Position numbers and translations under genes: made by a program. A DNA stretch of 43,966 nt from a virus. The stretch is taken from the IMG/VR virus record IMGVR_UViG_3300011102_000097, positions 1 through 43,966 of that record; one strand, written 5' to 3'. Shown here piece after piece: positions 21,915-31,900 of this stretch (the first letter of the stretch is position 1; every line of letters begins with the position of its first letter). The notes below the pieces were generated by a model that was not told where the DNA came from, did not search any database, and saw only the letters and a list, made by a program, of their open reading frames with translations.

Positions 21915-22415
21915 GCAGCTCAAGGACTGCCGCTCCGCCCACAGCGCTCTGGCATCGGCAGCGTGACGTTCAGCCGCTTCTGCGAGCTCTCCAACCAGTC
22001 GCACACCTTCGCCCAGTACGTCCCCGAGGGCACCAGCTCGGGCCTCACCGCCGGGGGCGGAAGCTCCGCCGGCTGGACCACTACCGGCGGCGTAGGCGGC
22101 GAAGGCGTTGCGCACGCCGTCAAGATCACGGCGCAGGCTGTCAGCAGTGCGGCGCAGAGCCGCCTTTTCCTCTTCGTGAGCACGTCGGACCTCCTCGGCC
22201 GCTCTGGCCTGTTGCTCCTGGTGGCGGCGCAGCGTCTCGGAGGCTTCCAGGGCCGCCTGGGCAGCCGCCGCGTTGATGCGGTCGCGCTCGGCCCGGGTCT
22301 GCGCGTGCGACTCGCGCTCGGCGCTCAAGCGCAGCGACTGCACCCCGAGCGCCACGAGTGCGGCCACGAGTGCGAGCACCATGCCGTTGCGGTAGAGCCA
22401 GGCGAGCGGGTTCAT
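21891..22415 (-). CDS. Rz: i-spanin (Rz-like)
   Basis: Start is ATG 22415, overlapping the endolysin stop (ATGA). It has an N-terminal TM helix (MVLALVAALVALGV) followed by charged coiled coil. It is the last gene of the lysis cassette. Confidence 0.8.
   Translation of the reverse strand: MNPLAWLYRNGMVLALVAALVALGVQSLRLSAERESHAQTRAERDRINAAAAQAALEASETLRRHQEQQARAAEEVRRAHEEEKAALRRTADSLRRDLDGVRNAFAAYAAGSGPAGGASAPGGEARAGALGDVLGEGVRLVGELAEAAERHAADARALWAERQSLSCSPAKTTP
21920..22183 (-). CDS. Rz1: o-spanin (Rz1-like lipoprotein) embedded in the +1 frame of Rz
   Basis: 87 aa. Lipobox LLTAC / ILTAC|A is followed by the Pro-rich mature part TPSPPTPPVV. It lies entirely within Rz. Confidence 0.75.
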   Translation of the reverse strand: MLTKRKRRLCAALLTACAVILTACATPSPPTPPVVVQPAELPPPAVRPELVPSGTYWAKVCDWLESSQKRLNVTLPMPERCGRSGSP

Positions 22416-22894
22416 GCTGCAGCCACGCCGATCTGGATCGCCACCTGCGCGGGGTGGCCGGCGAACAGCGCCGCCTCGGCCGCGCGTCGACGGATCAGCC
22501 CGCGCGTGACCTTGCCGTTGGCGCGCGTCCAGCGCATGAACTGCGCCCGCGCACCGGCGAAGTCGCCACGGTTGACCATGCGCAGCAGCGTCGAGGATCG
22601 CAGGTTGGCCAGCCCCACGTTGTAGGCGAAGCACACCAGCGCGTCGAACTGGCGCTGGGTGATCGAGACCTTGACCGCCGCGCGCACGCCCGGCTCGAAC
22701 TCTTGCGCCAGGCGCCGCTCGAACCGGGCGTCGGCCTCCTCCTGCGTGATCTTTAGGCCGGGCACCACGTCAGGCCCGGTGTCGCCCCAGCCGATGGTCC
22801 ACGGCGCGCCGCCCGTGGCTGGGTCCGGGTATGCCTCCAGCCGGCAGGACTCGAAGTAGTGCAGCAGTGCGATGCCGTCGGCAGATGTCTTCAT
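22412..22894 (-). CDS. Endolysin, GH24 (T4/lambda-type) lysozyme
   Basis: Start is ATG 22894 (MKTSADGIALL), overlapping the upstream stop. YFESCRLEAYPDPATGGAPWTIGWG carries the E...D...T catalytic pattern. Confidence 0.88.
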   Translation of the reverse strand: MKTSADGIALLHYFESCRLEAYPDPATGGAPWTIGWGDTGPDVVPGLKITQEEADARFERRLAQEFEPGVRAAVKVSITQRQFDALVCFAYNVGLANLRSSTLLRMVNRGDFAGARAQFMRWTRANGKVTRGLIRRRAAEAALFAGHPAQVAIQIGVAAA

Positions 22895-23205
22895 CCCCGC
22901 CCTTTCGTGTCGAGTGGGTCGGGCGCCTCGAAGTCCGTGATGCGTCGCAGTGGGTGCCCGGCACGGCGCAGGCGCAGCGCGTAGCCGAGCACGACCACCA
23001 CCAGGCCCAGGTGCACCACCGCGAGTGCGCGCGGGATTGCCACCCAGTCGCCGGTCCACGACATCGCCGCGATGCCGAAGAACCCGAGCGCCATGGACGA
23101 CAGCCCCAGCTTGGCCACCAGCCCCTCGTGGACGCGTGGGTGCATGATCAGGGCCATGATCAAAAGGCAGATCAGACCCGACACGACGGCGTTGAGTACG
23201 GCCAT
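22891..23205 (-). CDS. Membrane protein, 3 TM (second holin or antiholin candidate)
   Basis: 104-aa ORF between the holin and the endolysin, with three hydrophobic helices. Confidence 0.6.
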   Translation of the reverse strand: MAVLNAVVSGLICLLIMALIMHPRVHEGLVAKLGLSSMALGFFGIAAMSWTGDWVAIPRALAVVHLGLVVVVLGYALRLRRAGHPLRRITDFEAPDPLDTKGRG

Positions 23206-23206
23206 G

Positions 23207-23524
23207 TCAGTCCTTTCGGGTCGTCCAACTGTCGATGATGCGGGTCACACTGGTTTCACGGATGCCCTGGATGACAGCCGCGGCGATCGACAGCCCGAGC
23301 ATACCGAGTGCGAAGCCAAGGAAGCCCAGCATCTGAGGTGACAGATCCCACCACGACACGATGGCGGGGGCGGTGTAGTAGGCCAGCACGCCGCCGGCCC
23401 CGAGATTCGTGACCCGCTCCAACCAGGTCAGGCCGGGCACGAACTTCAAGCCGACGAGCGCGCCGAGCACGCCCGCCACGAACGGGTGTCCTGCGAGATC
23501 GAGGAAGGTGGGTGGGTTCGTCAT
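23207..23524 (-). CDS. Holin (3 TM)
   Basis: Start is ATG 23524 (MTNPPTFLDLAG...). The track start at 23560 is a TTG inside the tailspike 3' end. It has three TM helices and a charged C-terminus. Confidence 0.7.
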   Translation of the reverse strand: MTNPPTFLDLAGHPFVAGVLGALVGLKFVPGLTWLERVTNLGAGGVLAYYTAPAIVSWWDLSPQMLGFLGFALGMLGLSIAAAVIQGIRETSVTRIIDSWTTRKD

Positions 23525-23541
23525 TGCTCTACGATCTCTTG

Positions 23542-25938
23542 CTACCCAAGTGTCGCCCAAGTACCACTGCTGGCCTTGTAGCCCTCGTAGTTCCCGGTCG
23601 TGGAGTTGTATATGATCATGCCGTTGACTTTGTTCGGCAACGCATCACGCTGGGCAGTCGTAACCACCGCCGCGACTGCCGAAGGCACGTTGAATCGGTA
23701 GTAATAGCCGTCCAGCGCGTCAAAATCGAAAATTCCAAGCGCGGAGGACAGCTTGCCGTACCTAAAGGCAATGTTCCCGTTTTCTAGAATTCTGTTTTCG
23801 GCAATACTCCCAGTAACACCATTTGCTTTAATCTGGCGCTCATCTCTCAAGCCTGCAGTCGCGCCGTTACGGCGAGCGCTGTTTCCGAAGGCGTTTGTGC
23901 CTTTGACAACCTCAAGTCCGCCAGTCGTGCCGGTTGTGATGTTACGAATTGCTGGCGTACGAAGCGTTCCGTTAGCGTCGAGCGATGTGCCGATTTCACT
24001 ACCTATCAACGTCCACGCCTCGCTAAAAACGTAGGCGTACCGCGTCGATTGCGAGAAAAGCCCGGTGACTTCACTCTCAATCACGTTGAATAGTTCAATT
24101 CCGTCACCGTCGAACGAACTCGCGCCAACTGAACCGCCGTTGACGTAGCTTTTGAACGAAGACCTCAAAAACGGCAAATCGGCGGTACCAAGAATAACGC
24201 ACGACTCCGAACCACCCAATGAGGTTCGGGCGTTACTAAATCCCTCGAAATAGTTTCCGATCACGTCGAGCGAGCGGCCCGCAATGATTGCGTTTGTTGC
24301 CCCGTTGTACTCAGACGTATTGCCGGCGATAAAGCCAGCCTGAACGCTCTCAACCTGAAAACCTTCGGCCCCGTTCAGCGAGAACCAGTTTCCTGTGAAA
24401 CAGAAGGCGTTATTGCCGTCAGTGTCGGTCGGCGATGTTGCGTGAAACCATCCTCCGCGTCCGCCGTTGTTCGTCACACGATTTCCGCTGAACTCATAAG
24501 ACCAGCTTTCATAGAGGTCAATGCCATCGCCAGTAGCGCCGCGGATCTCGCAATCGCGCACGACGCACTGACGTGTGAAGCGCTCAAGCTGTAGACAATT
24601 TAGCGCCAATGAATTGCCGTCCAGTCTCCAGCCGATAATTTTCACATTCTCAAGTGACTTGTTCGGAATCGACCGGTTTGCGAGTAGCGACCTGATAATC
24701 GGCCCGGCGCTATTGGCCCGAAGGGTGGCGCCGTACCCAGAAAAATAGCGGTCGTCGTCGTTTAAATCGAGCGTCGATACTGAGTAGATTTTTCCCGGCA
24801 GGCCCTTCACTACGCGGCAGAACGTGAGGCACGCCAAGATCGCAGCCGTGTCGTCTGCAACGCCGTTGCCAACCGCACCAAACCACTCAACAGGAACCTC
24901 GTCTGCTGATCTTTCCCAACGGCCGTTCGCCGGAAGGCTGTTTGGCTGGATAACCGTACCGCCATTGTCGGCATTCGTGCTGGACGGAACCCACAGGAAG
25001 GCGCTGCCACCGCCGTCATTGGGGGTGTAGTACCCCTCAACATAAACCACGGTCTTGCGCGAAGGGACCGGGAGCGCTCGAAGCGACGCAATGCTGTCAA
25101 CACGCGCCACTGCGTTGGCGACAAGGGCTGCACCGTTGCTGGGGTCAGTGGTGTCGGCGAGATCTGTCCGCAGCCCAGGGTCGCCTCCAGCAGCCGGCAA
25201 ACCCTCGCCGTAGCGCACCAGTAGTTCGGCGCCCACACCGGGCGGTACGGTCGTCACGATGTTGCCGGCGACCAGCGTGTAGTCGACGCCCGGCGTGAGT
25301 ACCAGGCCGTCGAGCGACACGTCGGTGTTGCCGATCGTGACCGGGTCGACGGTCAAGGGGAACGTGTCGGTGACACCGTCGCCGGTGAACACCTGATGGC
25401 GGTAGTTGGCGAACGCCAGTGCCGTGGCGATCTGCGACAGCGGGAAGTTCTGCAGCCCTGTTTCGGCGTTGTTCCAGCCTATCAGCGCGTTGCTCTGCGG
25501 GCTCGGCAACGCCGAGTTGGCGTTCGACGACACCGGCGCGCGCAGCGTGCGATCCATCTCCTCGCGCAACTGCTGGATCTGCATCGTGGTGCGGTCGAGT
25601 TGGTTTTCGAGCGCAAGCGGGGAGAAGTTTCCGCCACTCGGCAGATCCAGGGCCTGGTCGTAGTCGATGTTGCCGATGATCGACAGCACACTGCCAGACG
25701 GCAGCGGCGAGCCGCTGATTGGGTAGTTGACGGTGCCGCCCGGGCTTGTGTCCTGGTTGGGGTTCAGGGTGACTGTGTAGTCGGAGTTGAGCACCAGGAC
25801 GGTCTCAACGCCCGCGCTGTTGGCGATGACCACCTTGATATCGGTGGGGGCGAACACCTTGAACGCGAACGGAAACGACGTCGTCACGCCATTGCCCAGC
25901 AGCGGGCCGGCCTTGCGTGGAGTGGAAGGGATCGTCAT
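23542..25938 (-). CDS. Tailspike / tail fibre with pectate-lyase-like beta-helix
   Basis: 798 aa. An N-terminal anchor domain is followed by VEWFGAVGNGVADDTAAILACL at the start of a right-handed beta-helix-type domain. It is the last structural gene before lysis. Confidence 0.85.
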   Translation of the reverse strand: MTIPSTPRKAGPLLGNGVTTSFPFAFKVFAPTDIKVVIANSAGVETVLVLNSDYTVTLNPNQDTSPGGTVNYPISGSPLPSGSVLSIIGNIDYDQALDLPSGGNFSPLALENQLDRTTMQIQQLREEMDRTLRAPVSSNANSALPSPQSNALIGWNNAETGLQNFPLSQIATALAFANYRHQVFTGDGVTDTFPLTVDPVTIGNTDVSLDGLVLTPGVDYTLVAGNIVTTVPPGVGAELLVRYGEGLPAAGGDPGLRTDLADTTDPSNGAALVANAVARVDSIASLRALPVPSRKTVVYVEGYYTPNDGGGSAFLWVPSSTNADNGGTVIQPNSLPANGRWERSADEVPVEWFGAVGNGVADDTAAILACLTFCRVVKGLPGKIYSVSTLDLNDDDRYFSGYGATLRANSAGPIIRSLLANRSIPNKSLENVKIIGWRLDGNSLALNCLQLERFTRQCVVRDCEIRGATGDGIDLYESWSYEFSGNRVTNNGGRGGWFHATSPTDTDGNNAFCFTGNWFSLNGAEGFQVESVQAGFIAGNTSEYNGATNAIIAGRSLDVIGNYFEGFSNARTSLGGSESCVILGTADLPFLRSSFKSYVNGGSVGASSFDGDGIELFNVIESEVTGLFSQSTRYAYVFSEAWTLIGSEIGTSLDANGTLRTPAIRNITTGTTGGLEVVKGTNAFGNSARRNGATAGLRDERQIKANGVTGSIAENRILENGNIAFRYGKLSSALGIFDFDALDGYYYRFNVPSAVAAVVTTAQRDALPNKVNGMIIYNSTTGNYEGYKASSGTWATLG

Positions 25939-25942
25939 GGGA

Positions 25943-25984
25943 GGGGGCTCCTGCGTACTGCGGGAATGGTACGCAGGAGCCCCC
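25943..25984 (-). promoter_or_regulatory. 16-bp perfect hairpin whose 3' arm contains the tailspike SD
   Basis: GGGGGCTCCTGCGTAC (25943-25958) pairs with GTACGCAGGAGCCCCC (25969-25984). In minus sense AGGAG sits 9 nt before ATG 25938 and inside the stem. There is no U tract. Confidence 0.6.
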
Positions 25985-25997
25985 TGCTCACGGACAC
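25966..25997 (-). promoter_or_regulatory. Candidate late promoter PL-e: GTGTCCGTGAGC-N14-TACCAT
   Basis: It starts 1 nt after the stop of the 2267-aa gene. The -10-like hexamer lies in the hairpin loop region. Confidence 0.5.
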
Positions 25998-25998
25998 A

Positions 25999-28900
25999 TC
26001 AAGGCGTCCGGCTCTCAGGACTGGCCGTACCCGTCACCAGCCCCCGGGCCAGATCCACCGGCCCGGTGGGCTCGATGCGCCCGTCGGCCATGCCGGCGAG
26101 GTAGCCGGCGGGGCGCGCTGCCGCGTAAATCGGCAGACCGGTGATCAGCGTCGCGGCAGCCGCTACGTCGCGCACGGCCTTCTGCGCGCTGCCGTCGTCG
26201 ATGATCGCCTTGTAGACGCTGGCCGGAGCGCTCACGGCGGACTCCAGCAGCGACACCGCGGGCGACAGCGAGAACTTGTCGTCGGCCGGGTTGTCGTTGA
26301 ACCGGTTGACCACGAGCTGCGCCGCTTGGCCCACGATCGGCACCTGGGCGGTCAGGCCCCGCAGCGTGCCCATACCGAACACGGCCATCAGCCAGTCGTC
26401 CAGGTAGCCGTCGTCGTCCTCGTCCTCGGGGCCGCCACGGAACGCCAGGGCGATCGCCTCGGCCACCCAGATCGGCACCAGGAGCCCGGCGAGCGCCACA
26501 TACAGCAGGCGCCCCGCACCCTTGCGCAGGCCCATCTCGTCCACGATCTGCTTCATCGCGGTGGCGTTGGTGTTCGCCATCATGTTGAAGTAGCTCACGA
26601 ACTGCGTGAACAGGCGCGCGTAGGCCGGGCCGCTCTCGAACCGGCTGATGTCCTCGGGCAGCGTCGTGCCCTGGGTCTGGCGGATCACGCCGTCGGCAAA
26701 GCGCACGGCGTCCTTGTGGCTCATCTGCTGCTCGATGGCCTGGTTGTAGGCGGCAGTCCAGATGATCGGGCTCATGGTGTTGTCGACCGCGGCCTGCATG
26801 AAGTAGGCGTGGCGCTGGGTCCAGGCTTGGGCCTTTTCCAGTACGGTCGCGTTGACCAGGATCTGCTCGACGGCGTCGTTCATGGCGGCCACCTCGTTGA
26901 GCATGCGGTTGCGCATGAACGCCGACGCCGTGGCGACTTGCTCCTTCATCGCCTTGGGGTCAGCGATGAACGAGGCGGTGGCCTTCATCATGAGCGAGGG
27001 CTTGACCTTGACCGCGGCCAGCGAGAAGCCGGTGATCTGCTGGAACGTGTTCGAGAGGTTCGCGAACATGAGCGCCATGCCGGCGCGCGAGCGCGCGGCC
27101 GACAGGAAGCGCGAGAGCTTGCGGTCGCCCGCCACCGGGGTCTCGACGATCTGCTTGGCGGCGCGGTTCAACCAGGGGATCAGCATGCCCTCGTAGGCGC
27201 CCGGGTCGATGCGGTCGAGCGCGTAGCTCACGCGCTTGTTCGTGAGCAGACGGCGCACATCGGTGACCGGGCCCTGCATGTACGAGAACAGCAGCACCTT
27301 GTCCATGTGCTGGGCCAGCGCGCGCAGGTCGAGCAGTAAAGGTTTGTTGTACTCGACGCGGGCCTTGGTGAAGCCGCGGGGGCTGGCCGGGAACGCGTAA
27401 GCCATGGACTCGTTTTCGGCCTCGGCCAGCTCACGCAGCTTCGCGTCTTTCACCAGGCGCGAGTCGGTCTGGGCCGGGACGTAGCCGCCGCGGTAGCTGC
27501 CGAACGGGGTGTCGAACGGGGTGGCCGTGACCTCGGCGAAGTAGCGGCCGAACACCTTGCGGTGCGTCTCCTGGGCCCGCGGCTTCATCTCCTCGAGCAA
27601 ATCCCACACACCCTGAGCGAAGTCGTAGTGCGCCTTCTCGAGCTTGCCCTCGTTGATCATGCGCGCGATGAACGCGTCCCAGCGGCTGGTGTCGAGGGTG
27701 CCGTCCTCCCGCTCGGTGGCCCAACCGCGGCCGAGCAGGAGCTTGCGCTTGTTGGACTCGTTGCCGGTGTGCAGGATCGCGTGCAGCAGCTCGGCCTGCC
27801 CGCTGTCGCGAGCGTTGCCGAAGGTGTAGCCGAGCTCAGGCGCGGGGATCTCGCCCGGACGGATGACGTGCGAGACGCTTTCGACCAGCGCGGTGAAGCG
27901 CTTGCGGTAGTCGACGCGCGCGGCGCGATAGGCGTCGGCCGCCTCCTTGATCGGCCGGAACACGAGCCGCAGGAACGGGCCGCCGAACTTGCCGTCCATG
28001 CGCTCGGCCCACTGCTCGACGCGCGAGAGGATGGCCTTGGCGAACTGCAGCTTGATCCCCGCCTCCTCGCGGTCGGTGATCGCGGCGCGCTCGCCCGGGA
28101 TCTCGGTCGGGATGCCGATCTCCTCCATGCGCGCGAGCAGCTCATCGGCGGCGTCTTCGATGTCGAGGAGGTTGCCGTCGACTTCCATCTGCCGCGAGCG
28201 CTTGGCCAGCTCCCACATGGCGCGCAGCTCGTCGTTCAAGCCGCGCAGCTCCTCTAGCGTCAGCTCGTCCAGGGGCTTGGCGTTCAGCAGAGCGCTGTCG
28301 ACGCTGGGTTTGAGCGCGGCGTACATGGCCGGGTCGTTCTTGGCCACGGTCTCCATGTAGGCGAGCGCGGACTTCTCGAGCCGCGGCGCCACGCCGTAGG
28401 CGGCCAGGATGGCGCGCATCGCGTTGACGACGTCGGGGTCGCGCCCCTTCTCCACTGTCTTCTCGTCGCTGCCCTTAGTGACCTTGCGGAAGAACTCGAG
28501 CGTCTTCTTCACCTCGGCCTGGGCGTCCTGCAGCGCCTTGGCGGCGTAGTTGTTCAGGAGCTGGTCGCGCTTGGCCTGCACGGCCTCCACGGTCTTGCCC
28601 TCTGCGGTGAGCTGCTGCCAACGCTTGCCGGCCCGGCCCTCGGCGGCGCGATGCTGCCAGGCGGCGTTCTTCAGATCCTTGATGCGGCGACGTGCAGCCA
28701 GGTTGAGCCCGAACTGCTTGGCCGCCTCGACCACGGCGTTGACCGTGATGGGCCGGCCGCGCGCGTCGGTGCGCCCGGTGTCCAGGCGCTGGTTGATCAT
28801 CTCCGCCTGGCTCTTCAGCTCGGTGGCGAGCGCCCGCGCCCGGGCCTCGTTGTGCACGGCCTCGTTCGCTGCGGCCTCGCGCGCCTCGGGCGTGGCGAGG

Positions 28901-31900
28901 TCACCATAACGCTCGAGCATGCGCTGGTCGGTCATGCCTTCGATCACCTCGTTGATCGGCTGGGCGTCCAGGAGCGCGCGCACCAGTTGGTCGCCAGAGG
29001 CGAAGCCGAACATGTCGGCCACCAGGTCCGGGTGCAGTCCTTCCTTGCTGGTCATCCCGCGCAGACGCGTGAGATCCGGGCGACCCAGCATGGTCTCGGG
29101 GTACATCTCGGCCAGGGCTGCGGTGGAGAGCCGGTAACCCTTCTCGGCCTTCACCAGGTCGCCGGTCTCAGGGTCGACGGTCTCGCCCTTCTTGAGCCAG
29201 CGCATGGCCCGGTAGATCGGCTGCTGCTCGACCTCGGCGCGCACCTCGGACTCGACCTCTTTGCGGAGCTTGGCGGCCTGCTTCTGCAGCGCCTTGAGCG
29301 CCTTGTTGCGAGCGTTGACCGTCCACTTCAAGTCGCGCAGCGACCGCGCCTGCAGCTTCTCGATGGCCTCGTTGGTGGCCTCGAAGTCGGGCAGCATGCC
29401 GGCAGCCTCCTCGGCCTGGGCGATCTGCTCGTCGGTGGCGATCAGGCGGTCGAACACCTGGCGGATGTCGTCGCCAAGCTGCAGGTTGCGGCCTTGCATG
29501 AACTGCTTCAGGCTCTTGTAGACGTTGACCAGCCAAGACCGGAAGCGGCGGAACAGCGGCTGCAGCTCTTGGCTCGGGGCCTTGCCCTCGAACAGGTACT
29601 GCTCGAACGACTCCGCCCAGCGCTCGTGATACGGGCGCTTCTGCTCGAGCGTGTAGCTGTTCCAGGTCTCGAGATCCGGCACGCCGAACCACTTGAGCGT
29701 GGTGGCCATGTCGTCCTTGATTTGCTGCGGCGCGTCGGGTTGGCTCGCGAGATCGGCCAGCACCTCGAGGAAGAAGTGCCCGCTCTCGTGCAGGAACGTC
29801 GAGAGGTCTGCGGTCTCGTTCAGCGTGATCAGCAGCTGCTCGGGGTTGAAGGTGCCCCGCGGACCTTGCTTCAGGATGTTGGGGTCGGCCGGGTCGAACG
29901 TGCCGCGGTTGCCGGTGGCGCTCTTGATCTGCTCGGGGCGGAAGACGATGATGGCATCGAATGTGCCTCGATCGTTGTCCCAGTCAGGCAGGCGGGCACC
30001 GTCATATCCAGCAGCCTCAATGCTGGCCTGGAGGTCGCGCCAGCGTTCGGCGGACCAGTCCCCCTCGTAGTCGAAAAGCCGGCCTTCGAGAACCGCGTCC
30101 ACGGGGTCGATGTCCTCGCCGCTCTGGCGGTCAATCCACTCGTCCCAGTTTTTCGCCCACTCGCGGATGAATGCGCGCCCTTCCTTGCTGCGCGGGTCGA
30201 AGAGCTTTTCCGCTTTCAAGTAGAACGAGCGTGGCTCGGTCATGGACCAGTTGTTTTTCGCCGCATAGGTGCTTGCTATGTCCCGATCCGGGGTGAAGAA
30301 GAATGCTTTTTCCCGCGTCATGCGGCGGTCAAAAACGGTGAAATCCTCGCCACTGCCCTCTCCGCGATAGACCGCCAGCGGCTTGCCGTTGGCGTCCACC
30401 ACCTTGCTGTCACCGAACCAGCGCCAGAAGTTGCGGATGCCTTCTTCGGTCGGGTGGATCGGCTGGCCAGCGCTGTTGCGGGTCGGGCGCTGCACGCCGT
30501 CCACTTCGATGGTCTCGGGCAACCCATCCGCCGATAGCGCAACGCCCTCGCTCTGGTTCGCCATCGCCCCGACATCGCCACCCTGCTCCAGCGGTCGCTC
30601 GCGGTTGATCACGCCCTTCTCGCGCAGGCGCGCGACCATGCGCTCGCCGTCGGCGGTCTGCTTGCGCCCAGGCATGATGTCGTAGCCGGCCTCGCGGGCG
30701 GCGCGGTACATCGCCTCGGCCAACCCTCGGCGGCGGTAGGCGGGCGCCACAATCGTGTTCTCAGCAGCGAGCGTGTTGCCCTGCACCGCGAAGTCGATCA
30801 TGCCGCGGCGGTTGCCGTCGGTGGTGCGCGCCTCGACAATTACCGAGAGCTGGCGATCGGCGCCCATACCGAGCACCTCCCGGCGCAGCGTGATGTTGAA
30901 GCGCTCACCCTGCGCGTCGGTGTAGGTGGTCTCGAAGGTGGGGGCGGCGACCGAGCCTTGCTCCAGCTCCTGGTCTGGCATGTCGGCGGCCCGACCCTCG
31001 ACGGTCAGGCCGCGGTCGGCATTGTAGGCCTGCCCGCCGGGCGACTTCGCGGCCACCTTCAACTGGTAGCGCTCGTAGAGCTCCTGCGGGGTCAGGCCCA
31101 CGCGCGCGGCCATGGTCGAGAAGAAGTTCGCCTGCAGCGTGGCGTAGGCCTCGTTCACGTCGGGCGTGAACCGGCCGGTCTGGTTGAGCTGGTCCAGGAT
31201 GGCTTGCTGCACGGCCTGGGCGCTCTGCTGCCAGGCGGCGGTGTCAGCAGCCTGCTTGAGCACGCGCTCGGCGTCTTGCGCCAGCAGCTGGGCGGTGAGC
31301 TCGGCCTCGGCGCGCGAAGGTGCGTTCGGGCGCATGCGAGCGTGGTCATTCAAGATCTGCTCGAGATCGGTGCCCGGCGCCACCGTGAGCACATCGGCCA
31401 TCGGGATGGCCACGGTGCTGTTGGCCTCGAGCGCGCTGGGCAGCGCCTCGCGCACCGAGTCAGGCAGTTGGGCCAGGAGCTCGGGCGGCAGTTGATTGAG
31501 CACCTCGGCGTCGACGTAGATCTCCTTCTTGGCGCCATCGTTCGCGTCGACCACGCGCTGAATGTGGCTGCGGAACTGCTCGGGGCTGCGGGCGCGCAGC
31601 ATCGAGGCGGCGGCGAGCTGCAGCTGCTGCTGAAACAGATCCTGCTCATAGACCAGCGACTGGTTGCTCGCGGTCTCGACGATCTTGTTGATGGCCTTGA
31701 TCGTGGAGGTCTGCACGCCCACGCCCACGAGCGTGGCGATGAACGTCTGGTAGGCAGCCTCTGGGCGCTCGTTGATGAACTCGGCCAGGGTCTTGTCCGG
31801 GTTCAGGTTCATCCACTCGTTGAAGTCCTGGGCCAGGGTCGTGACCTGCTCGGTCCAGCCCTCGCTCAGGGCCTGGCGGCCGATCGTCTTCAGCAGCCCG

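Noticed and set aside
23525-23560. TTG start at 23560 for the holin (possible dual-start holin/antiholin)
   Set aside because: The TTG lies inside the tailspike 3' end with no SD. The added residues (GDTWVARDRRA) do not resemble the short Lys/Arg-bearing dual-start extension. I kept ATG 23524, but this is not excluded.
23542-25938. Diversity-generating retroelement at the tail fibre (expected because the capsid module looks BPP-1-like)
   Set aside because: There is no reverse transcriptase ORF anywhere in the genome. I saw no template/variable repeat pair near the tail-fibre 3' end.
25396-27339. Long plus-strand ORFs inside the giant gene and other late genes (25396..27339, 28651..30537, 30958..32001, 32715..35054, 36120..37745, 41697..43274)
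   Set aside because: All are antisense to long ORFs that have recognisable structural or enzymatic motifs. They show shadow-ORF composition (very high R/G/A/L/V/H/D/Q, repetitive) and have no independent signals.
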